DNA of 19,651 nucleotides, taken from Anaerolineae bacterium (lineage in GTDB: Bacteria > Chloroflexota > Anaerolineae > SpSt-313). The stretch is from assembly GCA_034436375.1 (NCBI GenBank), contig DAOTVS010000329.1, forward strand, positions 1 through 19,651, read 5' to 3'. Each line of letters starts with the position of its first letter. Position 1 is the first letter of the stretch. Under the pieces are notes generated by a model. That model was not told where the DNA came from, ran no database searches, and worked only from the letters and a program-made list of their open reading frames with translations. Made by a program: the position numbers and the translations under genes. Below are positions 1-7,659 of this stretch, one piece after another.

Positions 1-110
1 AGGCGGGTAGCCCACAAGCAAACGAGGCCATGTCCACGGCGTGGTTTCGTGAACAGGGCCTCGTCAGCCTAACCGAGAGATACGCGGCGTTGCATCAATA
101 GAAGAAACCG

Positions 111-170
111 CCGGATACGCTGAGTACATCCGGTGGTGTGGGAGGACGGGGGCCGTGAGGCCCCCTCCTA
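111..170 (-). terminator. Two GC-rich hairpins (111-134 CCGGAT-N11-ATCCGG; 144-170 11-bp stem with one bulge and GTGA tetraloop) downstream of the phosphatase gene stop (231)
   Basis: Inverted repeats read directly. Position is immediately 3' of the minus-strand gene end. No clear T-tract follows on the minus strand, so a canonical intrinsic terminator is not certain. Confidence 0.3.
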
Positions 171-230
171 CCCGATTGGCACGAGTGTTCTGCGAGCTAC
201 AACCCGATCTGTCTGCTGAGCACTGCCTGC

Positions 231-3200
231 CTATCTTCTGACAACCACCACCATTGTCAGATCATCCGCCTGGGGTGCGCCGCGCACAAAGCGGCGCACC
301 GCCCGGCCGATGGCATCCATCAGCCCATTGGCGTCGCCGGCCGTGGCTGAGCGCAGCGCCGCCTGCAGGCCCTCCTCGCCGAACTCGCGCTCCTCCGGGT
401 CGAAGGACTCGGTCACCCCATCGGTATAGAGCGCCAGCGCATCGCCGGGCTCGAGGCGCACCTGTAGCTCCTGAAAGGCCGGACGCTCGATGACCCCCAG
501 GGCGATGCCACGGCAGACGAGCCGCTCCAGCCGCCCATCGCGCCGGCGCAGGTACGCCGGGTTGTGCCCGGCCGAGGCCAGCGCCAGCTCACCCGTCTGC
601 GTGTCGAGGATGCCGTAGAACAGGGTGACGAACATGCCCGAGCGACTGTCGGCGCGCAGGAGGTCGTTGACGCGGCCCAGGGTGTCGGCCGGCGAGCGGC
701 CCTCGAGGGCGATGGCGCGCATGACGTTGCGCGAGAGGGCCATAAAGAGCGCTGCCGGCACCCCCTTGTCGGAAACATCGGCGATGACCAGGCCCAGCCG
801 CTGTGCGGCGAGGGGAAAAAAGTCATAGAAATCGCCGCTGACCTCACGCGCCGGCTGCGAAAGGGCCGCAATGGACCAGCCTGGAATCTGGGGGCAACTC
901 TCTGGCAGGAAGGTCGCCTGGATGCGGCGGGCGACCCGCAGCTCCTGGGCCATGCGTTCGCGCTCCAGCGACTCGCGGTACAGCCGCACATTTTCAATGG
1001 CGATGCCCGCCTGGTTGGTCAGGCCGGAAAGCAGCGCGATGCGGCGCTGGGAAAAGTGGTGCGGCTGCCCCACATAGTCGACGACCATGATGCCCTGCAC
1101 CTCGTCCTGAGAGCGCAGCGGCAGCCCCAGGGCCGAGCGGATGCTGAATGCCTCTGCCAGGGCGGGCGGCACCAGTTCATACAGATCGGCCCCCTCCGCC
1201 GCCAGGGGCGCCCCCGCCTCGCGCACCCGATCGAGCAGCGGAAAATCTCCCACCGAGAGGCTCAAGCCTGCCATACGCTTGCGTAATGGCTCGCTGAGCC
1301 CATAGGCGTGTGAGGGCACATAACGGCGCCGCTCCCCATCCCACAGGAAGATGCAGGAGCGGTCCACCCCCGTCAGCATGGCGGTCAGCCGCACCACACC
1401 GGCCAGGATCTCGTCCAGGTCTTTGGTGCGCCCGGCCAGCTCCGCCACCTGCAGCAGGGCGGTAGAGACCCAGGCCTCCTCACGCTGGGCAATGTAGAGG
1501 TGCGCGTTCTGGATGGCCATGGCCGCCTGGTTGGCAATGCCGCCGAGGACGGCGCGGCGGCCGCCGCTCAGGGGCTGGGGTTCCCGGTAGCCCGTCGCCA
1601 AGGCGCCGATGGTCTCGCCGCCTGCCCGCAGCGGGATGGCCACCCCGGCAGCCAGCCCCAGCGCCGCCTGCGCCTCGCGCCCGGCCTCGGTTTCCGCTGT
1701 CAGGTCCAGCGGAGCGCTGCCAGCTTCCAGGGCCTCAGCCAGGTTGGGCGCCACCTCGCGCAGCGGGCGCCCGAGCAGGTGCTCGCGCGAGGGGTTGCCC
1801 AGGCCATGAGCGCGCAGGACGCAAAGCTCGCCCGTATCCTCATCGCGCAGAAAGATGAAGGAGCGGTCGGCGCCCACCAGCAGGGGCACCAGGCGATTGG
1901 CCGCATCCAGCACTTCATCGAGGCCGGTCAGGTTGGCCAGGCTCTCTGCCACCTGCAGCAGCGCCGTCGAGACCCAGGTCTGCTCCTGCTGGGCGGCGTA
2001 GATGCGGTTATCTTCGATGGCAATGGCCACCTGGTCGGCCAGCGTCTGCAGCACATAGATATCTTCGCTGCCGAACGTATCGGGGCGGTCGCTCTGCACG
2101 TCGAGGATGCCCACCAGGCGCTCATCCACTTTGAGCGGCACTACGGCCTCTGAGCGGGTAGCTTCCAACCCCTCAATCAGCCGGTAGCGGGGCTCGCCAT
2201 GCACCTCGTTGATCACGATGGCTTCGCCCGTCTGCCCGACCCAACCGATCAGCCCCTGCCCCGGGGCCACCCGCACCCCCTGTTCGTTGAGCAGGGGGCT
2301 GGTGCTGGCCTGGAAGCGGATCTCTTGCGAGGCCGGATCGATGGTAAAGATCTGCACGTGATAGTAGCCAAAGGCCTCACGGATCAGGGTAACGACCCGG
2401 GAAAAGAGCTGGTCCATGCCCAAAATCGCCACAACCTGCCGGCTCACCTCGCCCACGGTCGCGACCTGGCGCGCGCGCCGCTGGGCTGCCTGGTAGCTGC
2501 GCGCATTTTGGATGGCCATGGCCGTCTGGTTGGCAAAGGTGGCGACGGTGCGCAGATCATCGCTGCTGAAGGCATTGGGCCGGCCGCTCTCCACGGTCAG
2601 CAGCCCAATCATCTCCTCCGCCGCCTGCAGGGGCACCCAGAGGGCGGCGCGGAAGCGGTGGTCGCCGGCTGACGGGGCAAAGGGCAACGAGTCGCGCTCG
2701 GCGTCGCGCACCAGGAGGGGAGCCGGGCCCTTCTTCACCCACTCGATGAGCTGCGGGTGCGGGGCAGAGGCGCCCCCGGTGGCAATGGCCGGCTCGATAT
2801 GCTGGCGGCGGGCGTCAAAGAGGCCCAGCCAGAAGCGTTGCGGCCCGAGCACTGCGGTTGTGTGCGCCTGCAGCAACTGGCAGAGCGCCTGCACGTCGAG
2901 CTTGCTGGCCAGGAGGGCCCGGCTAAAGGCGTTGAGCGTGGTCAGGTCGGCCACACGCTCACGGGCGTGGTTGAGGGTCATGTTCAGGCGGCGCAGCAGC
3001 TCGCCGACGGCCAGCAGAAAGAGGCCCAGCAGGCCAAGAGCCAGAGGATCCAATATGCGGTAGGCGATAGCCAACACGGCCGCCAGGGGCAGCGGCAGGA
3101 GCTCGACGGCCAGGGAGTAGACCTGGATCGCGCGCAGAAAGCGCTCCAGACCGGCGCTCCCCTCTGCCAGTGCAATGCGCAGGCTCCAGCCCAGGTGATC

Positions 3201-3767
3201 GCCGAGGAACCAGGTGAGGCACAGGGCCAGGAGCGGCGGCAGATCATGCCATTGCAGGGTGGTTGGAGCCCAGCGCCCGCCGAGCAGACCATAGACCTGC
3301 CCGGCGGCCAGCAACACCAGGGCGTTTAGGCCGCCGCTGAAGAGGGCCAGCCGCAGCCGTCTGCCGCCCGAAAAGCTGGACGGGCTGGCCTCATGATCCG
3401 GGTGATGGTCGGGCGAAGGGTTTGCCTGGCTTGGCGCGGGGCGCAGGCGTATCGCCATGAAAATGAGCCCGCCCAGGGTCGCCACCCAGGCCCCACCCGA
3501 GGGGCCCATCACCAGCAGGGCGGCGAGCACGGCCACGCCTGCCAGGCTGTGGGTGACCAGATGCGCGACCCGGAATCCCTCGACCTTGAGCCCTATGGCC
3601 AGGATGAGGAAAAAGAGCGCCGGGGCCACCTCCAACCGCTGCTGCGTGGCCATGGTCGAGGCGATGAGAATGCCCCAACCAACCAGGCCGATGCCCGCCT
3701 CATAGGCCAGGGTGGCCCCTGGTCGGGTTGGTGCAGACGCCGGCGAGAGAGTCAGTCGCTTGCCCAT
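231..3767 (-). CDS. Membrane-anchored multi-GAF PP2C-family serine phosphatase (RsbU/SpoIIE-like). It has 4 N-terminal TM helices, 4 GAF-like domains each ending in an ANQxAMAIQNA-type helix, and a C-terminal PP2C/SpoIIE domain (SGDFYDF...DVSDKG...FVTLFYGILD...LYTDGVTE).
   Basis: ORF 231..3959 (minus strand) in the ORF track. C-terminal motifs typical of the SpoIIE/PP2C phosphatase family. Repeated GAF-like segments. The ORF's upstream 64 codons overlap the STAS gene. Start is placed at ATG 3767 (MGKRLTL...), which precedes the first TM helix and overlaps the STAS stop by 16 nt. No strong SD sequence, so the start is uncertain. Confidence 0.8.
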   Translation of the reverse strand: MGKRLTLSPASAPTRPGATLAYEAGIGLVGWGILIASTMATQQRLEVAPALFFLILAIGLKVEGFRVAHLVTHSLAGVAVLAALLVMGPSGGAWVATLGGLIFMAIRLRPAPSQANPSPDHHPDHEASPSSFSGGRRLRLALFSGGLNALVLLAAGQVYGLLGGRWAPTTLQWHDLPPLLALCLTWFLGDHLGWSLRIALAEGSAGLERFLRAIQVYSLAVELLPLPLAAVLAIAYRILDPLALGLLGLFLLAVGELLRRLNMTLNHARERVADLTTLNAFSRALLASKLDVQALCQLLQAHTTAVLGPQRFWLGLFDARRQHIEPAIATGGASAPHPQLIEWVKKGPAPLLVRDAERDSLPFAPSAGDHRFRAALWVPLQAAEEMIGLLTVESGRPNAFSSDDLRTVATFANQTAMAIQNARSYQAAQRRARQVATVGEVSRQVVAILGMDQLFSRVVTLIREAFGYYHVQIFTIDPASQEIRFQASTSPLLNEQGVRVAPGQGLIGWVGQTGEAIVINEVHGEPRYRLIEGLEATRSEAVVPLKVDERLVGILDVQSDRPDTFGSEDIYVLQTLADQVAIAIEDNRIYAAQQEQTWVSTALLQVAESLANLTGLDEVLDAANRLVPLLVGADRSFIFLRDEDTGELCVLRAHGLGNPSREHLLGRPLREVAPNLAEALEAGSAPLDLTAETEAGREAQAALGLAAGVAIPLRAGGETIGALATGYREPQPLSGGRRAVLGGIANQAAMAIQNAHLYIAQREEAWVSTALLQVAELAGRTKDLDEILAGVVRLTAMLTGVDRSCIFLWDGERRRYVPSHAYGLSEPLRKRMAGLSLSVGDFPLLDRVREAGAPLAAEGADLYELVPPALAEAFSIRSALGLPLRSQDEVQGIMVVDYVGQPHHFSQRRIALLSGLTNQAGIAIENVRLYRESLERERMAQELRVARRIQATFLPESCPQIPGWSIAALSQPAREVSGDFYDFFPLAAQRLGLVIADVSDKGVPAALFMALSRNVMRAIALEGRSPADTLGRVNDLLRADSRSGMFVTLFYGILDTQTGELALASAGHNPAYLRRRDGRLERLVCRGIALGVIERPAFQELQVRLEPGDALALYTDGVTESFDPEEREFGEEGLQAALRSATAGDANGLMDAIGRAVRRFVRGAPQADDLTMVVVVRR

Positions 3768-4129
3768 GTGTGAGCCGACCCACCAGGCGGCGCCGCAAAG
3801 GATGATACTGCCTGCTGGCAAGAATCCCACAGCTCGAAAACCTGGTCGAACCCCGCCAGTGCGAAAATCTGCCGCACCCTTGGCGCCAATGCGCAGAGCT
3901 TGAGGTCGCCCTTCTGCTCGCGCGCCTGCCGGGCCCCCACCAACAGGGCGCGCAGACAACTGCTCGAGACATAGGTCACTGCGGCCAGGTCGACGACCAG
4001 CCGAGTCTGCCCCCCGGCGAGGGCCTGCCGCAGCAGTTCCTCCAGGCGCGGTGAGATGGCGGCGTCAATGCGTCCCTCTGCTGCGATGACCAGGACCCCA
4101 TGGCGTTCGATCTGCCTGAGCTCGCTCAT
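3752..4129 (-). CDS. STAS-domain anti-sigma-factor antagonist (SpoIIAA/RsbV-like)
   Basis: MSELRQIERHGVLVIAAEGRIDA...LVVDLAAVTYVSSSCLRALL...GFDQVFEL is a typical STAS fold signature with the conserved serine region. ATG at 4129 shares one nucleotide with the TGA of the upstream kinase gene (TGATG), suggesting translational coupling. Confidence 0.8.
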   Translation of the reverse strand: MSELRQIERHGVLVIAAEGRIDAAISPRLEELLRQALAGGQTRLVVDLAAVTYVSSSCLRALLVGARQAREQKGDLKLCALAPRVRQIFALAGFDQVFELWDSCQQAVSSFAAPPGGSAHTWASD

Positions 4130-4545
4130 CAATGCCTCCTCTTGTACAGGCGGAGCTCGTTGCCCTCGGGGCCACACCGAAAGACGAGGCGGTCGGTCAG
4201 CTTGCGCATAAAGTAGATGCCCAGGCCTCCGACCTGGCGTTCTTCCAGGCTGCATGTTGTATCGGGCTGAGGCGCCTCGTTAGGGTCAAAGGGGCGGCCC
4301 CGGTCGCGCAGAATCACGACCAGATCATCGCCCTCGATCTCGCAGCGGATGAGGATCTCGCCCGCTACGCCCGGTCCATAGGCATGCTGGATGATGTTGG
4401 TGCAGGCTTCATCGACCGCCATCTGCAGCTCGAATGCCCGCTGCTCATCGAGCCCCAGCGCGGCGGCGGCAGCCGTCACAAACTCGGCGATCTGCTCCAG
4501 GTTGGCCGGGTCGCTCGCGACCGCCAGTTCCAGGGGTTGCGCCAT
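4129..4545 (-). CDS. Anti-sigma regulatory factor, serine-protein kinase (RsbW/SpoIIAB-like GHKL ATPase)
   Basis: 138-aa ORF (minus strand) in the ORF track. Motifs ...AVDEACTNIIQHAY... and ...GGLGIYFMRKLTD... are characteristic of HATPase_c_2 anti-sigma kinases. Located between two STAS genes. Confidence 0.8.
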   Translation of the reverse strand: MAQPLELAVASDPANLEQIAEFVTAAAAALGLDEQRAFELQMAVDEACTNIIQHAYGPGVAGEILIRCEIEGDDLVVILRDRGRPFDPNEAPQPDTTCSLEERQVGGLGIYFMRKLTDRLVFRCGPEGNELRLYKRRH

Positions 4546-4560
4546 GTCGTGTCCCTTGCG

Positions 4561-4698
4561 GGCTATCAGCTATCGGTTGTCGGCTCTGGCCTCCATTCAC
4601 GCGACACTTGATGGTTGCGGGGGCCGCTATCGGCAGAGTTGGGCCAGCAAGCATCATCGCCGATGGAATAAGCTGATAGCTGATAGCCGATAGCTAGA
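4561..4698. repeat. Structured intergenic element. A 14-bp inverted repeat (GGCTATCAGCTATC at 4561-4574 / GATAGCTGATAGCC) flanks ~100 nt. It carries 6-7 copies of the hexamer GATAGC/GCTATC (tandem GCTGATAGCTGATAGCCGATAGCTAG at 4672-4698).
   Basis: Read directly from sequence. Lies between the STAS-2 stop (4694) and the kinase start (4545) inside a minus-strand operon. Confidence 0.6.
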
Positions 4699-5029
4699 AA
4701 CTACCTACCGCATCAACCGTCGTATCATAGCCTGCAAAGAGGACATCGAGCCCCGCCAGGCTCAGCACACCCTGGATGCGCTCGGGCACATTGGCCAGGC
4801 GCACGTCGCCACGGTTCCAGCGGCGCGACTCTTTCAGCGCGGCCACCAGCACGCGCAGGCCCGCGCTGGAAAGGTATTCCAGCCCCGTCATGTCGACGAC
4901 GATGTGGAAACGCCCCTGGTTCAGGATTCCCTGCAGCGCGTCTTCCAGGCGCGGGGCGCTGGCGCTATCGACACGTCCGCTGACCTCGACGACATCTACG
5001 CGTTTGAGCTGGCGAGTCTTGACTTCCAT
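4694..5029 (-). CDS. Second STAS-domain anti-sigma-factor antagonist
   Basis: MEVKTRQLKRVDVVEVSGRVDSASAPRLEDAL...HIVVDMTGLEYLSSAGLRVLV...GLDVLF shows the STAS fold. Start ATG 5029 is preceded by GAGGAGG. The ORF-track ORF (4694..5137) extends further upstream without an SD sequence. Confidence 0.75.
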   Translation of the reverse strand: MEVKTRQLKRVDVVEVSGRVDSASAPRLEDALQGILNQGRFHIVVDMTGLEYLSSAGLRVLVAALKESRRWNRGDVRLANVPERIQGVLSLAGLDVLFAGYDTTVDAVGSF

Positions 5030-5078
5030 AGGGCCTCCTCTGCCTCCAGGCAGAAAACTGTGAACCATAAACCGTAAT

Positions 5079-5112
5079 GCGTGATCCGTAATGCACGGAT
5101 TACGCATCACGC
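5079..5112. promoter_or_regulatory. 34-bp near-perfect palindrome GCGTGATcCGTAAT-gcacgg-ATTACGcATCACGC. A direct repeat of CCGTAATGC (5072 and 5087) precedes it and a small hairpin CTGCCT-CC-AGGCAG (5041-5054) follows.
   Basis: Read directly. It overlaps the stop codon of the ligase gene (5100-5102) and lies 50-80 bp upstream of the STAS-2 start. Locally AT-richer than the surroundings. Confidence 0.5.
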
Positions 5113-6635
5113 ACTTTCCGTGCGCCTTCCGCCGCACCTTCGACCAGCTTGGCCGTGACGATGCCCAGACCGATGATGAGCCAGAAGAGCGTCAGCATGT
5201 GCGAGAAACTGAAGAGCGTATGATCGAACACGCCGCCGGCCAGCCCCGCCGTGATCGACACCGCCGGCCCGATGATCCAGGGGGCCAGGGTGGGGTCGGC
5301 GCGGCCATGGCGCCAGGCGATCCAGGTGATGATGTAGAAGAGCGCCAGGGTGACCAGGTATGCGGCCAGGCCGATGACGCCCGTCTCTTCCGTAATCATC
5401 AGGTAGAGGTTCGATACGCCCACGTAGAGGTCAATATCGGGCGCATCTACAAAGCCGACCCCCAGCCAGGGGTAACGCTGGATGAGTATGAGTGCATCCT
5501 TGTACTCTCCAAAGCGCATCTGCGTGGCCCGGTCCTGCCCCTGCACGCCCTGCTCAAAGTGAGCCACATAGGCCTGTGTTTGGGGTAAGAGCAGGAGCAG
5601 CAGCGCCACCAGCGCAAGGGCCAGGAGCGCCTTGCGATAGCGCCCGATCAGCGACAGGATGGCAATGACTCCCACTGCCAGGCCCGCCAGCGATCCGCGT
5701 GAATAGGTCAGGAAGAGACACACCCCCGCCGAGGCGGCGGCTGCCAGCAGCCAGAGGCGCGGTATGAATGGCCGCCTCTCAAAGAGGTGCGGCGTTGCCA
5801 ACCCGAGGGTCAACGCCATGAGGGCGCCCAGGACGTTAGGGTCTACCGAGGTCGAGATGGCCCGCTGCGGCAGGCTCGGATCATCCTCGATATAGCGCAG
5901 TACGTCGGGCCCAGACGGGTAGCGAAAGATGCCCAGCGCCGAAAGCAGGCGGGTGCTCGTGGCGGGCGGCAGAAAGTAGAGCACAATGCCGATTGCCCCA
6001 GCCAACGCGCCGCCCAGGATCAGCCAGGTCGTCAGCTGCTGCACCTGGCGGCGTGTGCGCACCAGGTTCAGCACGGCAAAGAAAATCATAATGCCCAGGG
6101 GAATCTCGGCGAACTGGCGGAGTGCGGTAGCTGTCAATTGGGCATGGCCCAGGCCTGCGGCAAAGGCGCCCACCGTCGCCAGCGCGAAAATGGCCACAAA
6201 GGCCGAAATAGGCGAGGAAACCCAGCGCCCCTGCCGCCCGGTGGCGATCCGCGCTGCCCACACCAGGAACAGCATCCCCAGGGCCAGGTTCAGAAAGGTC
6301 GGCGAAAAGCCCACATTCAGCGGCAGAGTGCCAAAGGGCAGCAGATAGATGACCGCCACCGTGACCATGAGCGTGAAATCGGGGCTGCGCAGCATCAAAA
6401 GCGCCGCCGCCACGCCCACAACCAGCGCAGCCGCATAAAGCGGCGTCGCGAACGCCACCAGGGCCCCGGCCAGGGCGCCGGCAACCAGGCAAATGGCCAG
6501 CGTTACCAACAGAGACCCGATATCGCGACGCGCCAATACACGCTGCAGGACCAAAACGAGCGGCAAACCATTCACTCCTATTGTGAGGGGCAATACGCTG
6601 CCGGAAACACGCCCCGTGTCACGAAAGTGTAGCAC
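5100..6635 (-). CDS. O-antigen ligase / Wzy_C-family polytopic membrane protein
   Basis: 511-aa ORF with ~12 predicted TM helices. Motif ...LTYSRGSLAGLAVG... and a large periplasmic loop are typical of the O-antigen ligase/polymerase (RfaL/Wzy_C) family. The ORF track starts at a GTG without SD, so the true start may be internal. Confidence 0.65.
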   Translation of the reverse strand: MLHFRDTGRVSGSVLPLTIGVNGLPLVLVLQRVLARRDIGSLLVTLAICLVAGALAGALVAFATPLYAAALVVGVAAALLMLRSPDFTLMVTVAVIYLLPFGTLPLNVGFSPTFLNLALGMLFLVWAARIATGRQGRWVSSPISAFVAIFALATVGAFAAGLGHAQLTATALRQFAEIPLGIMIFFAVLNLVRTRRQVQQLTTWLILGGALAGAIGIVLYFLPPATSTRLLSALGIFRYPSGPDVLRYIEDDPSLPQRAISTSVDPNVLGALMALTLGLATPHLFERRPFIPRLWLLAAAASAGVCLFLTYSRGSLAGLAVGVIAILSLIGRYRKALLALALVALLLLLLPQTQAYVAHFEQGVQGQDRATQMRFGEYKDALILIQRYPWLGVGFVDAPDIDLYVGVSNLYLMITEETGVIGLAAYLVTLALFYIITWIAWRHGRADPTLAPWIIGPAVSITAGLAGGVFDHTLFSFSHMLTLFWLIIGLGIVTAKLVEGAAEGARKVRDA

Positions 6636-6660
6636 AGGGCAGAGGGGTTGACAAATGTGT

Positions 6661-6685
6661 AGGGGCAGGCCTCAGGCCTGCCCCT
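6661..6685 (-). terminator. Perfect 11-bp GC-rich hairpin AGGGGCAGGCC-TCA-GGCCTGCCCCT, followed on the minus strand by ACACATTTGTC
   Basis: Read directly. Located 24 nt downstream of the small minus-strand gene (stop at 6709) and upstream of the ligase gene. Plausible intrinsic terminator or transcriptional insulator. Confidence 0.45.
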
Positions 6686-6708
6686 ATACACCGTCCCACC
6701 GCAGGCGC

Positions 6709-6933
6709 CTAACGAGTAGGGGCGGTTTTCTCTTCCATCACCCGCACGGCCGCGATTGCCGCCGGGTTGATGATGTTCATGCTGCCGGGCGGCGCCTCCG
6801 CCACATCATACACTATCACGGGCCGGGTGCCTGTCATCGCTTCTGAGATCTGCGTCGACACCTGCCCCGGCTTGCCCTGGATCACCCCGTTGACCTCGTC
6901 CCCCGATACGAGGATGAATTGTACCTGAGCCAT
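6709..6933 (-). CDS. Small hypothetical protein (74 aa, no Cys; MAQVQFILVSGDEVNGVIQGKPGQV...)
   Basis: ATG 6933 preceded by GCAGGAGGCGAG (AGGAGG SD). Part of ORF 6709..7041 (minus strand). No recognisable family. Confidence 0.5.
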   Translation of the reverse strand: MAQVQFILVSGDEVNGVIQGKPGQVSTQISEAMTGTRPVIVYDVAEAPPGSMNIINPAAIAAVRVMEEKTAPTR

Positions 6934-7060
6934 CTCGCCTCCTGCACAAGCCAAGGTCCTCACGGGCGGCGCTCGCTTTCCGCCGTACCCCGCTGCCCGT
7001 CCACTGGCCTTCTGTTTCCCTCCCCGCAAAGAGTGTGCCACGGCTTATAGTCAACGACAC

Positions 7061-7089
7061 TTGACGTTTCGCCGCCATTGAGGTATTCT
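7061..7089 (+). promoter_or_regulatory. Sigma-70-like promoter for tRNA-Sec: -35 TTGACG (7061-7066), 17-nt spacer, -10 TATTCT (7084-7089). The -35 sits in the inverted repeat GTCAA-N6-TTGAC (7050-7065).
   Basis: Hexamers read directly. 12 nt separate the -10 from the tRNA 5' end. Confidence 0.4.
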
Positions 7090-7101
7090 AATGCACGGTA
7101 C

Positions 7102-7198
7102 GGGGGTGGTTGAGTCCTGGTGGGCTCCGCGGTCTTCAAAACCGTCTGAGGGGCGCTGCTGAGGCGTCCCTGGTGGGTTCGACTCCCATCCACTCCCG
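7102..7198 (+). tRNA. selC: tRNA-Sec (selenocysteine), anticodon UCA
   Basis: Folded by eye. 8-bp acceptor stem (GGGGGTGG 7102-7109 / CCACTCCC 7190-7197, one G-U wobble). 6-bp D-stem with 4-nt D-loop (7112-7127). Anticodon loop CTTCAAA with TCA at 7136-7138. ~24-nt variable arm with a 6-bp stem (7150-7155 / 7165-7170). 5-bp T-stem with GTTCGACTC loop (7173-7189). Discriminator G7198. CC(A) is partly encoded. The 8/5 architecture plus the UCA anticodon is diagnostic of bacterial tRNA-Sec. Confidence 0.8.
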
Positions 7199-7267
7199 CC
7201 TTTTCGACCCTCGTTGGTGGACCCCTGACTGTGCCCCGGGTTGAGGTTCGGTTTTTCTGGGCGCTCC

Positions 7268-7296
7268 TTGACTTTTTCCGCGAAGGGTAGTACATT
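7268..7296 (+). promoter_or_regulatory. Candidate promoter: -35 TTGACT (7268-7273), 17-nt spacer, -10 TACATT (7291-7296), upstream of small ORF 7369..7626
   Basis: Read directly. A weak -10 element. Confidence 0.3.
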
Positions 7297-7368
7297 TGTT
7301 CTAATGACATCAGGCGCCTGCCGGGTCATTCTTTGCAGGCGTGTTGCATAGACGACGGAGGACGAAAC

Positions 7369-7626
7369 GTGGAGTCAAGCCCGCCCCGGACGCACATTTT
7401 TTGGCGAGAGGATATCCGGAACGTTCTCAAGGCGATTGACCAGGCGAATGTCGCGTTGACGGCGCACCTTCCGGTGGCCCAGGTCGCCATCTACCGCGCG
7501 GGTTTTAGTGCGGCCTTGCAGGCGGTAGCGACCAGTTTTGATGTGAGCCTGGACACTCCGCCGCCGCGTTCCTCTATCGAGTTGTTGCCGCCCGATGCGC
7601 CCCGCTGCTCTGTACCGGGGGAATAG
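7369..7626 (+). CDS. Hypothetical small protein (~85 aa)
   Basis: GTG 7369 preceded by GGAGGA (7 nt upstream). Part of ORF 7333..7626 (plus strand). No family recognised. Convergent with the SPFH gene. Confidence 0.35.
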   Translation: MESSPPRTHIFWREDIRNVLKAIDQANVALTAHLPVAQVAIYRAGFSAALQAVATSFDVSLDTPPPRSSIELLPPDAPRCSVPGE

Positions 7627-7659
7627 CGGCGCCTGCGCAGGGGATAGTGCGACAGGCCA

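Noticed and set aside
1-110. Possible 3' end of an upstream gene or tiny ORF (atg at 30 to tag at 101)
   Set aside because: Too short and no frame can be supported without upstream sequence. Left unannotated.
3752-3959. N-terminal extension of the phosphatase ORF (MSARPVGGG...) overlapping the STAS gene by 208 nt
   Set aside because: The extension is Gly/Arg/Ala-rich, lacks an SD, and lies upstream of the first TM helix. The internal ATG at 3767 gives a sensible membrane-anchored N-terminus, so the extension is treated as ORF-finder over-extension.
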